Origin: Bacillota bacterium
GTDB lineage: Bacteria; Bacillota; Clostridia; Oscillospirales; CAG-382
DNA: 64,000 nt
Direction of reading: 5' to 3'
NCBI GenBank assembly: GCA_029550965.1
Contig: JAKPGJ010000015.1
Span: 2,139 to 66,138 of the forward strand
Of the stretch, positions 10,549 to 18,621 are shown piece by piece. A program made the position numbers and the translations under genes. Each line of letters opens with the position of its first letter. Within the stretch, counting starts at the first letter, position 1. The notes beneath the pieces were generated by a model. That model saw nothing but the letters and a program-made list of their open reading frames with translations. It was not told the origin of the DNA and searched no databases.

Positions 10549-11013
10549 TTACTTCTTATCCGTGCTTCCGAAACCGCCGTTCCGAATCCCCTGACAGTCG
10601 TCGTCGACGGTTATGCCGTAAGGGACAAACACGCCCTGCGCGAACGCCTCGCCTTTTTTGATGGTCAAAGGCTTGTCGCCGTTCGTGATTTTGATAAAAA
10701 TATGCCCCTCGTTGTCCGAATAATAGTAGTCGGAATCAATTATGCCGACTGTATTGTTAAAGGTCAAGCGGTATTTAAAGCCCAGACCCGAGCGCGGAAA
10801 CAGCATGAGCACCCAGCCGTCGTCGATTCTGACGCGGATGCCGGTCGGCACCGTTTCGGTTTGGTGCGGCTGGAGCGCAATATCATACGGCGCGAAAAAG
10901 TCATACCCGGCGGAGCCGACGGTGGCCCGTCTGGGAAGTTTGATATCGTCATAATGTTCCGCCGGCTGGTATAACGCGCGGCTTACCTTAAAAAACTGCG
11001 CTATTCTCTGCAT
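10549..11013 (-). CDS. dut: dUTP diphosphatase (trimeric dUTPase family)
   Basis: Motifs GSAGYDF, GIIDSDYY and C-terminal RNGGFGSTDKK. The start overlaps the end of aroQ by 13 nt. Confidence 0.85.
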   Translation of the reverse strand: MQRIAQFFKVSRALYQPAEHYDDIKLPRRATVGSAGYDFFAPYDIALQPHQTETVPTGIRVRIDDGWVLMLFPRSGLGFKYRLTFNNTVGIIDSDYYYSDNEGHIFIKITNGDKPLTIKKGEAFAQGVFVPYGITVDDDCQGIRNGGFGSTDKK

Positions 11014-11438
11014 AATTTCTCCTTTAGCAACGCAATCGCTTCCGCATACCCTTCAAACCCGCGCCCCGCGATGGTGGCGATGCAGGCTTCGGCAGTGTAG
11101 GAACGGTGTCTGTACTCCTCGCGTTTGCTGATGTCCGAAAGATGCACCTCAACGGCGGGAATGCCGACCGCTTTAATCGCGTCCGGAATCGCGATGCTGG
11201 TGTGCGTGTACGCGGCGGGATTGATGACAAGGCCGTCGAAAACCCGATACGCCGCCTGAATCTCGTCGACAATGGCGCCTTCGTGGTTGGACTGGAAGAT
11301 TTTCGCCTCTATCCCGTTATCTTTGCAGTAATCCTGAATAAAAGCGCAAAGCTCCGCATATGTACGTCTGCCGTAAATTTCCGGCTCGCGCACGCCAAGC
11401 ATATTCAGATTCGGTCCGTTGATAATGAGTATTTTCAT
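11001..11438 (-). CDS. aroQ: 3-dehydroquinate dehydratase, type II
   Basis: MKILIINGPNLNMLGVREPEIYG N-terminus, HEGAIVD and VEVHLSDISKRE motifs typical of type II dehydroquinase. Confidence 0.9.
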   Translation of the reverse strand: MKILIINGPNLNMLGVREPEIYGRRTYAELCAFIQDYCKDNGIEAKIFQSNHEGAIVDEIQAAYRVFDGLVINPAAYTHTSIAIPDAIKAVGIPAVEVHLSDISKREEYRHRSYTAEACIATIAGRGFEGYAEAIALLKEKLCRE

Positions 11439-11463
11439 ACCGCTGTCCTTTAAAGATTTGTCT

Positions 11464-13998
11464 TTATGCAGTAACGATTTTGCTTGCTTCCTGCAATCCG
11501 AGCTTCTCGATTGCCCATTCTCTCAATTTATACTTCAATATCTTGCTCGCCGCGTTCATCGGGAATTCGGTCATAAACTCGACATAGCGCGGGGTTTTAT
11601 GTTTCGCCATATGCGCGCGGACAAAGTCCTTCAGTTCTTCCTCTGTCATGGTTTCGCCTTCCTTGAGGATGACGCACGCCATGATTTCCTCGCCGTACTC
11701 CCTGTCGGGAACGCCGATGACCTGAACGTCCCTTACCTTCGGATGCGTGTAGATAAAGTCCTCGATTTCCTTCGGATAGATGTTCTCGCCGCCGCGGATA
11801 ATCATATCCTTGATTCGGCCGGTGATTTTAAAGTAGCCGTCCTTGTCCCTGCGCGCGAGGTCGCCGGTGTGCAGCCAGCCGTCCTTGTCGATAACGCTGG
11901 CGGTCGCCTGCGGCATCTTGTAATAGCCCTTCATAATGTTGTAGCCGCGCGCCACGAACTCGCCGTCCACGCCGTCCGGCAAATCCTTTCCGGTTACCGG
12001 GTCAACGATTTTGCATTCGACGCCGAACATCGCTTTTCCAACCGTATTGACGCGGCGCTCGATGCTGTCGTCGATCGTGCTCATCGTGTCGCCGGGAGAC
12101 GACTCGGTCTGACCGTAAACGATGATGATTTCCTTCATGTTCATCTTGTCGATAACATCCTGCATAACCTTGACCGGGCAGGGCGAACCGGCCATAATTC
12201 CGGTTCTGACATGCGAGAAGTCGGTCTTTGCAAAGTCCGGATGTTCAAGCAGCGCGATAAACATGGTCGGCACGCCGTGGAAGGCGGTGATTTTTTCCTT
12301 GCTGATGCACTCGAGCGCAACCTTCGGCTGGAAGTACGGAATCGGGCACATGGTGGTTCCGTGCGTCACCGCGGCGGTCATCGCCAGCACCATGCCGAAG
12401 CAGTGGAACATCGGAACCTGAATCATCAGCCGGTCGGCAGTCGAAAGGTCCATGCCGTCGCCGATGGTCTTACCGTTGTTGATGATATTGTAGTGCGTCA
12501 GCATAACGCCTTTGGGGAAACCGGTGGTTCCGGAGGTGTACTGCATATTGCAGACGTCGTCCTTGCCTAAGGAAGCTGCTCTGCGGTGTACCTCCTCGAT
12601 CGGAACCTTGTCCGCATATTCCTGCGCTTCCTCCCAGGTCAGGCAGCCCGGCAGTCTGCAGTCAACGGTAATAATGTTGCGCAGGAAGGGCAGGCGCTTG
12701 GTATAGAGGGGTTTGCCCGGCTCGGCGGTCTCCAGCTCGGGGCAAAGCTCTTTCATAATCTCGAGGTAGTTGCTGTCCTTATAGCCGTCAATCATAACCA
12801 GCGTATGCGTGTCCGACTGACGGAGCAGATATTCTGCCTCATAAATCTTATATGCAGTGTTCACGGTGACCAGCACCGCGCCGATTTTTACCGTTGCCCA
12901 GAAGGTGATAAACCACTGCGGAACGTTTGTCGCCCAAATCGCGACGTGGTCGCCCCGCTTTACGCCGAGCGCGATGAGGGCTCTCGCGAAGCGGTCAACG
13001 TCTTCCCGGAACTGCGGATAGGTGCGGGTATAGTCGCAGGTGGTGTACTTAAACGCGTACTGGTTCGGGAAAATATCGCATACGATGTCTAAAAGCTGCG
13101 GGAAGGTAACGTCGATCAGTCTATTCTTCTCCCAAATATAATGGCCGTCGCCCCGCAGGCTGGTCTGGAGCTTGCCGGTGCCCTTTCCTTTATCGATGAA
13201 CTGCGACATATAGTGGACAAACTGCGGAAACACGATGCCCGCGTCCTCCAGATCGGGCGCCCAGCGCTTGACCCATTCCAGCGAAATGTAGCCGGAATAG
13301 TCAATCGAACGCAGCGCCATAATCATATCCGGAATGGGAAGGTCGCCCTCTCCCATCAGCCGGTATTTGATCTTTCCGTTTTCAACGACGCTGTCCTTAA
13401 CGTGCACATATCGGATATACCTTCCAAGCGTCTGCACGGTTTTTTCGGGGCTTTCGCCCGCATACCGGTAGGGATGATGAAAATCCCAGAGCGCCGCGAC
13501 ATTGTCGCTCTTAAACCGGTCAAGCAGGTTCTTGAGCCGCTCGGTATTGCTGTAAACGCCGTTGGTTTCGATCAAAAGCGTCACGTTGTTCTTCTCTGCG
13601 TAGGGAATCAGCGCGTTCAGCTGCAGAAATACAGTATTGTCGTCCACTTCTTCGGCGCAGGGTTCCGGGTTCAAGTCCCCCAGCACTCTGACATACCGTA
13701 CGTCCAGCGCGTTCGCCAGCTCGATATACTTTTTCAGTTCGTTTATATTCTCCTCTGCTTTGTCTGCGTACTTCAGGCAGCAGCCGGCAGAAAGGCAGGA
13801 AATCTCCAGCCTGAGCGAGCGCAGCTTCTGCAGGGTCTGCGGAATCTGCTCTTTTGAAAATGGCATTGTCTTTCCGTCAAAAATGTCCAGTCCAAGTCCC
13901 CTTACTTCGATACCGTCAAAACCAAGGTCGGTCGCCATCGAATAAATCTCTGAAAAGCTGTAGTTGTGACACGCAAGGGTTGAAAATGCAATTTTCAT
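11464..13998 (-). CDS. Fusion protein: xylose-isomerase-like TIM barrel (about 275 aa) + AMP-forming acyl-CoA synthetase (about 565 aa)
   Basis: ATG at 13998 lies 7 nt after TAGGAGA; the track's 14004 is an upstream TTG. The N-terminal part resembles the AP-endonuclease-2/sugar-phosphate isomerase fold. The C-terminal part has the adenylate-forming motifs YTSGTTGFPKGV, YGQTE, TGDLARRDKDGYFKITGRIKD and IIRGGENIYP. Confidence 0.85.
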   Translation of the reverse strand: MKIAFSTLACHNYSFSEIYSMATDLGFDGIEVRGLGLDIFDGKTMPFSKEQIPQTLQKLRSLRLEISCLSAGCCLKYADKAEENINELKKYIELANALDVRYVRVLGDLNPEPCAEEVDDNTVFLQLNALIPYAEKNNVTLLIETNGVYSNTERLKNLLDRFKSDNVAALWDFHHPYRYAGESPEKTVQTLGRYIRYVHVKDSVVENGKIKYRLMGEGDLPIPDMIMALRSIDYSGYISLEWVKRWAPDLEDAGIVFPQFVHYMSQFIDKGKGTGKLQTSLRGDGHYIWEKNRLIDVTFPQLLDIVCDIFPNQYAFKYTTCDYTRTYPQFREDVDRFARALIALGVKRGDHVAIWATNVPQWFITFWATVKIGAVLVTVNTAYKIYEAEYLLRQSDTHTLVMIDGYKDSNYLEIMKELCPELETAEPGKPLYTKRLPFLRNIITVDCRLPGCLTWEEAQEYADKVPIEEVHRRAASLGKDDVCNMQYTSGTTGFPKGVMLTHYNIINNGKTIGDGMDLSTADRLMIQVPMFHCFGMVLAMTAAVTHGTTMCPIPYFQPKVALECISKEKITAFHGVPTMFIALLEHPDFAKTDFSHVRTGIMAGSPCPVKVMQDVIDKMNMKEIIIVYGQTESSPGDTMSTIDDSIERRVNTVGKAMFGVECKIVDPVTGKDLPDGVDGEFVARGYNIMKGYYKMPQATASVIDKDGWLHTGDLARRDKDGYFKITGRIKDMIIRGGENIYPKEIEDFIYTHPKVRDVQVIGVPDREYGEEIMACVILKEGETMTEEELKDFVRAHMAKHKTPRYVEFMTEFPMNAASKILKYKLREWAIEKLGLQEASKIVTA

Positions 13999-14069
13999 GA
14001 CCAAATCTCCTAATCATTTATTTTTACTAAAATAACAACGATGAGCCGAAAAACGCGCAAAAAAACAAT

Positions 14070-14360
14070 AAAAAAAGCTCTGTTTTGCCGCAAGCATGGA
14101 CAGAGCCGGTAAGTTTCAAATTATCATTACAATGTCTAACAACATCGTCTCTTGATAACGGCGAGAAACCCGATCACGCCTACTTAAATCCATACAAAGC
14201 GCCTGTATGCGCGAACTTTTATATGAATTTGTTCAACGGACAGCTCCGGGGTGAGCTCACGTCTGCACTGCGTACTGCCTCGCACCATACGGCAGCTCTC
14301 TGAAAACGCATGAACAACAAAAATGTTGTTTACATCCGCTTGTTCCCCATCAATGCTTTT
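14070..14360 (-). promoter_or_regulatory. T-box-like leader RNA (Stem I with CUC specifier) ending in an intrinsic terminator; canonical T-box sequence not recognisable
   Basis: Read on the minus strand, in order. K-turn base: AGC-AUU-GA-UGGGG pairing with CCCCG-GA-GCU. Specifier-loop 3' side GAG-CUC-A (CUC at 14255-14253). AG bulge AGAGA. Stem GCUGCC/GGCAG enclosing distal loop GUAUGGUGCGA. GUUGAAC follows Stem I. CCGUUA F-box-like element. Stem III-like ACGAUGU/ACAUUGU. Terminator GCUCUGU...ACAGAGC + U7 (14070-14106). AAUUUGAAACUUACCGGC occupies the position where AAUNNGGGUGGUACCGCG is expected. Confidence 0.55.
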
Positions 14361-14385
14361 ATTAAACTGTTATTAAGTTAATACG

Positions 14386-14414
14386 ATTATATTAAGCGGT
14401 AATTGGTTTGTCAA
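14386..14414 (-). promoter_or_regulatory. Consensus sigma-A promoter for the T-box-like leader/fusion operon
   Basis: Minus strand reads TTGACA (14414-14409), an exact 17-nt spacer, then TATAAT (14391-14386). Confidence 0.75.
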
Positions 14415-14456
14415 GAGCTTTTTTTATGAAAATATAAAAAATTTTGAGAAAATATA

Positions 14457-14485
14457 TTGTAAAATCAACACCTTTATGTTACAAT
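14457..14485 (+). promoter_or_regulatory. Sigma-A promoter for the Gfo/Idh/MocA oxidoreductase gene
   Basis: TTGTAA, 17 nt, TACAAT, about 38 nt upstream of the ATG at 14524. Confidence 0.65.
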
Positions 14486-14523
14486 CGCCCATAGATATAA
14501 AACAATATCGGAGGTTTTATTCA

Positions 14524-15588
14524 ATGTCTAAGATCAAAGTGGCCATCATAGGCTGCGGTACCATCGCCAACAACGCGCATATTCCGGCTTATATGGCAAA
14601 TCCCGACGCAGAGATTAAGTATTTCTGCGATATAATTCCCGAGAGAGCAAAGGCGGCTGTCGAGAAATACAACTGCGGTATTGCCATCACGGATTACAAG
14701 GAGATTCTTGCTGATCCCGAAGTTGAAGCAGTATCCGTTTGCACGCCGAACAAGATGCACTCCACCATTACCATCGACTGCTTAAAAGCAGGCAAGCACG
14801 TGCTCTGCGAAAAGCCCGCCGCAAGAAATTATACCGAAGCGCTTGCGATGCAGGAAGCGCAGCACAAATACGGCAAAGTGCTCAACATCGGCGTTGTTAA
14901 CCGTTTCAATGCCGCTGTCAACAAACTGCGCGAGATGATTCAGCGCGGCGACCTCGGCGAGGTTTATCACGTTTATGTTTCCTTCAGAGCGCACAGAAGC
15001 ATACCCGGTCTCGGCGGCGCTTTCACAACCAAGGAGATCGCAGGCGGCGGCGTTCTGATCGACTGGGGCGTTCACTATCTGGACATCGTCATGTACTGCT
15101 GCGGCGACCCGAAACCCCTTACCGTTTCCGCAAAAGCGTTCTCGAAGCTCGGCGTAGACATGAAGAACTATGTTTACGAATCCATGTGGGCTGAGAATAC
15201 AAAGGACCTCAACGGCACTTACGATGTCGACGACTTTGTAACCGGATTTGTCCGCACAGAAGGCCCGACCATCACCTTCAACGGCGCTTGGGCTCAGAAC
15301 ATCGGCGTCAGCGAGACCTACATCGACTTCCTCGGCACAAAAGCCGGCGCCCGTCTGAACTACGGCGGCGACTTTACCGTTTACACAACCGCTTGCGGCG
15401 GTCTGGTAAACCTCAAACCCAAATTTACGCCGAACAATCACTTCCAGGCTGAGATCGACAGCTTCCTGAGATGCATCAAGACCGGCGAGAAGCTGCCCGC
15501 TCACATCGATACCGTTATTATTACTGCAAAGATGATGCAGGCTATGTACGATTCGAGCGAGCAGAACCGCGAGATCGCCCTCGACTAA
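14524..15588 (+). CDS. Gfo/Idh/MocA family NAD(P)-dependent oxidoreductase
   Basis: ATG at 14524 lies 8 nt after GGAGG; the track start at 14476 falls inside the promoter. Rossmann motif KVAIIGCGTIANNAH and VLCEKPAA motif. Confidence 0.85.
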   Translation: MSKIKVAIIGCGTIANNAHIPAYMANPDAEIKYFCDIIPERAKAAVEKYNCGIAITDYKEILADPEVEAVSVCTPNKMHSTITIDCLKAGKHVLCEKPAARNYTEALAMQEAQHKYGKVLNIGVVNRFNAAVNKLREMIQRGDLGEVYHVYVSFRAHRSIPGLGGAFTTKEIAGGGVLIDWGVHYLDIVMYCCGDPKPLTVSAKAFSKLGVDMKNYVYESMWAENTKDLNGTYDVDDFVTGFVRTEGPTITFNGAWAQNIGVSETYIDFLGTKAGARLNYGGDFTVYTTACGGLVNLKPKFTPNNHFQAEIDSFLRCIKTGEKLPAHIDTVIITAKMMQAMYDSSEQNREIALD

Positions 15589-15603
15589 CGATTCGTAAAA
15601 AAA

Positions 15604-15646
15604 ATACGGCAGATAAGGTTTTCTTATCTGCCGTTTTCTTTTTTTC
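15604..15646. terminator. Bidirectional intrinsic terminator
   Basis: acggcagataag-gttttc-cttatctgccgt, with an A-run before and a T-run after, between convergent genes. Confidence 0.85.
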
Positions 15647-15647
15647 A

Positions 15648-16100
15648 TCACTCGACTTCCGAGATTTCGCTGACGCCGAACTGTCGCCAGCTTTCCGACT
15701 CATTCTTTAAAGCGAAGGTTATGGAAAGCTTTTTTTCTTCCGCGTTATAAGCGAGCGTGATAAACACGTCGCCTTTCTGCGCGGTTTTCGGGTAATCGCC
15801 GTTGCCGAACTGCAATCCCGAAGCGGCAAGTTTCGCCGCGTAAGCGTCTAAAGCCGATTTTTCGACATTCTGAGCATACACCACCGTGCTTGTCCCGGAA
15901 ACCATTACGGAATAGATATCCCCTTCGAATTTCGGAACGCCTTTCGTAAGGTCGTTATTCGGCCATTTCGTCTGAACGATCGGATTATAGCCGTTTGATT
16001 CCTCGTTCGATTCGTTCAGGGATATGATAATCAATACCGCGCATAACACCACAACAACAAACACGACGGCCATGAAGGCAAAATGAAGTTTGTTCTTCAT
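15648..16100 (-). CDS. Hypothetical membrane-anchored extracellular protein
   Basis: Probable start MKNKLHFAFMAVVFVVVVLCAVLIIISL at 16100, 5 nt after the upstream stop. One N-terminal TM. No family recognised. Confidence 0.6.
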   Translation of the reverse strand: MKNKLHFAFMAVVFVVVVLCAVLIIISLNESNEESNGYNPIVQTKWPNNDLTKGVPKFEGDIYSVMVSGTSTVVYAQNVEKSALDAYAAKLAASGLQFGNGDYPKTAQKGDVFITLAYNAEEKKLSITFALKNESESWRQFGVSEISEVE

Positions 16101-16104
16101 CGCT

Positions 16105-18342
16105 TTAATATTTTTCCTGACGCAGCTTGATGATAAACAGGGTTGCGCCGCCGGCCGCAGCAAGCGCGATGATAATCAGCGCGACGATCAGGCTCGAGCT
16201 GCCGCTGCTGCTTTCCTCGGAAGACTGCGTTTCCGCCAGTCTGAAGCTGACGGTTACATTCAGGTCTGCCGTTACCTGCTGCAAAACTTTATCGTACGAC
16301 GCTTTGCCCTGCGCGTCCGTATCCTCGGTTGTGCCTACGACCAGCGAGTTGATCACGTATCCTTCGTCGGCCGTGACTCTGAATCTTGCGGCGCCGCCTT
16401 TTTCTACAAACAGTTTATTGGAGGGCAGAACCGAGCCGCCTACGTTTAAGATGATATTGATGGTATGATACTCCGTTAAAACGTCGCACACGACTATATT
16501 GCTGTCGTTCCTGTAATTCAGACTGACCCAGCAGTCGCTCGCAACCGTACGGATATCCAGCGCTTTGTCGCCCAGCTCGTTCTTCGGATTGGAAAGCGTT
16601 TTGTTTGCCGGGTCATAAATCAGATGCTGCACTTCCTGGCTTACGAAGTTGTTTGGAAGCATTATCTCAAGAACGGTTCCTTCGGGGAACTGAACGCTGT
16701 TGTCGTAGGAGTACAGCATAACTTTCGCGTTCGATTTCTTTGCGCTTACGGCAGAAGAAACCTCTGCGTAAAGCGTGTTGTTGGTCTGAAGCGCGACGTT
16801 CGCGGACTCTGCGCTGATGGAAACGCTGGCGCCTTTGGGCAGCACCCATTTGTACGTCTTCGCTTCGAATATAACGGTTTTATCCTTGATGTCGTTGGTT
16901 ATCTTTTTGAAAACGTCGGCGGAAATCAGCGTCTTGGTCTTGATATCAATTACGATGATGTCCGCGTTCCAGTTCACGTCCGACACCTGAACGACGCCGC
17001 CGTTGCCGCCGGGGTTGTCTGTCGGAGCCGCATCCTTAAAGGTAACGGTTATCGTATGCGAAGCGGCTACGTTGCTGAACGTGTACGTATTGTTGGTCAG
17101 CGAAACCACGTTGCCGTCCACCTTCACCGTATCCACTTCTTTGCCGGGATCCGGCGTGATGACGAACGTAATGCTCTGACCTTCCTCGACAGTCGTCTGG
17201 TTTGACGGCGTGATGATTCCGCCGGGGCCTGCGGTCGCCGTAATGGTGTATTGCTTAATGCCGTCCGCGGCTTTAAAGGTAACGACGACCTTTTTGGTAG
17301 CGTCGATCGCCGGAATGGTAAACGAGTTGTCGGTCAGCTCGACCGGCGTTCCGTCAACCGTGACGGTATCTATCACATATCCGAGCGAAGCCGATACCGA
17401 AATCACCACGTCGCTTCCCTCGGGAACCTTGGTTACCGAGGTGCTGCCTACCTCTTTGCCGTTAATCGAAACCGTGCCGCCCTTGCCTGCCTGCACGTTA
17501 ACGGTCACTATCTTTACAAATTCTGCTTTTACGACGGTATCGGTCGTGATTGTAAACGAGTATTTATTGTTTGATACGCTTGAAATCGAAACCGCGGTGT
17601 CGTTCAGCTTCAGCGAGGACAGCATGTATCCGGTGTTGGGGGTCAGCGTCAGCGTGACCGTGCTGCCCGCTGTAAAGAGCTCTCCGTTCGCGGTAACGGT
17701 TCCGCCGGTTGTCGGTTCTATAATTAAATGCTTCTGGTCGGAGATAAATTCCTCAACAACAACGATTTGGAAATTGTTGATTTCGCTTACCGTAAACGTG
17801 TATGTATTGCCGGCGGGAACTTCGCTGCCGTTTAGTATGATTTTTGAAACTTTATAGCCTTCGTCCGGCGTTATTCTCAGCGTAACCGTCGAACCGATAT
17901 AGGCTTTGCCCTCCGTGTCAACGCCATCAAACGTATAAATGTAATGCGCGCCCGGATTGACGACGGTGACCAGCGCCTTCTGCAGCTTTTCCACCGTTAT
18001 GATAATGGAAGTTTTGCTCTCGAGGTCAGAAAGCTCGTAGTTTGTTTTTCCGGCCGCGCCGGGCATCGTGATATTGTTCGCTTTTACCGAGGCAATCCTG
18101 TATCCTTCTTCCGTTTGAATGGTCGCCGTTACCGTTGTTCCTTCCGGGAATTTACAGGTAACAACATCGTTCTCGACACTTTCTTCGCCCGAAACGTTGA
18201 AAGTGACGGTATATCCCTCGCCCCGATTGTAAGTAATTTCAAAAACATTACTCTGACTGTTTTCCGCCATAACGGGAAGAGCGAATATTGAAAACAACAT
18301 CATTATGGCAAGCACAATTGAACAACTTTTCCTGCTAAACAT
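16105..18342 (-). CDS. Repeat-rich cell-surface protein (InlB-B-repeat/Ig-like modules) with signal peptide and C-terminal TM anchor
   Basis: ATG at 18342 after GGAGGAAATA gives the signal peptide MFSRKSCSIVLAIMMLFSIFALPVMA. At least six modules of the form EGY(K/R/V)(I/V)xS(V/I)xxNG... are present. An S-rich linker is followed by the TM segment LIVALIIIALAAAGGATLFII and then KLRQEKY. Confidence 0.8.
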   Translation of the reverse strand: MFSRKSCSIVLAIMMLFSIFALPVMAENSQSNVFEITYNRGEGYTVTFNVSGEESVENDVVTCKFPEGTTVTATIQTEEGYRIASVKANNITMPGAAGKTNYELSDLESKTSIIITVEKLQKALVTVVNPGAHYIYTFDGVDTEGKAYIGSTVTLRITPDEGYKVSKIILNGSEVPAGNTYTFTVSEINNFQIVVVEEFISDQKHLIIEPTTGGTVTANGELFTAGSTVTLTLTPNTGYMLSSLKLNDTAVSISSVSNNKYSFTITTDTVVKAEFVKIVTVNVQAGKGGTVSINGKEVGSTSVTKVPEGSDVVISVSASLGYVIDTVTVDGTPVELTDNSFTIPAIDATKKVVVTFKAADGIKQYTITATAGPGGIITPSNQTTVEEGQSITFVITPDPGKEVDTVKVDGNVVSLTNNTYTFSNVAASHTITVTFKDAAPTDNPGGNGGVVQVSDVNWNADIIVIDIKTKTLISADVFKKITNDIKDKTVIFEAKTYKWVLPKGASVSISAESANVALQTNNTLYAEVSSAVSAKKSNAKVMLYSYDNSVQFPEGTVLEIMLPNNFVSQEVQHLIYDPANKTLSNPKNELGDKALDIRTVASDCWVSLNYRNDSNIVVCDVLTEYHTINIILNVGGSVLPSNKLFVEKGGAARFRVTADEGYVINSLVVGTTEDTDAQGKASYDKVLQQVTADLNVTVSFRLAETQSSEESSSGSSSLIVALIIIALAAAGGATLFIIKLRQEKY

Positions 18343-18500
18343 TATTTCCTCCGTCTGCCGCAGCGCGGCAATATTTTTTAATTGAATCGAGATAAAGGTA
18401 CAAACCATGTCTTGGCGTTTTCATGTCGTACCTTTATATAAGTGTGGTTTTTTTATCGATTTTGCTTCATAAAATATTGTTTTTCACTTTGATTTATGCA

Positions 18501-18529
18501 TTGACTTTGAGCATAATTTTTGTTATACT
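18501..18529 (+). promoter_or_regulatory. Sigma-A promoter for proS
   Basis: TTGACT, 17 nt, TATACT. Confidence 0.65.
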
Positions 18530-18621
18530 TTCTCAATACTATGTATTATACACGATTTTATACACAATTCAAGACTGACCGTAAAAATTTTGATTAATTC
18601 TTTAGAAAGGGCTGACTTATT

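Noticed and set aside
11419-13857. Plus-strand ORFs (383, 168, 238 aa) inside the fusion gene region
   Set aside because: They are antisense to an ORF that carries every adenylate-forming enzyme motif. None shows recognisable similarity to any family.
14085-14180. RNase P RNA-like strings (GCGAGAAACCC on plus strand; GUCCAUGCUUGC on minus strand)
   Set aside because: The two motifs lie on opposite strands and in the wrong order. There is no room for a ~400-nt RNase P RNA between the flanking CDS and promoters. The region is better explained as the T-box-like leader and its terminator.
14476-18408. Longer start codons proposed by the ORF track (14476, 16163, 18408; likewise 14004, 45097, 51693, 56618, 59266, 61910, 28248, 50258)
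   Set aside because: In each case an internal start has a properly spaced GGAGG-type RBS and gives a canonical N-terminus (a signal peptide or Rossmann motif). The upstream extension overlaps a promoter, a terminator or the preceding gene.
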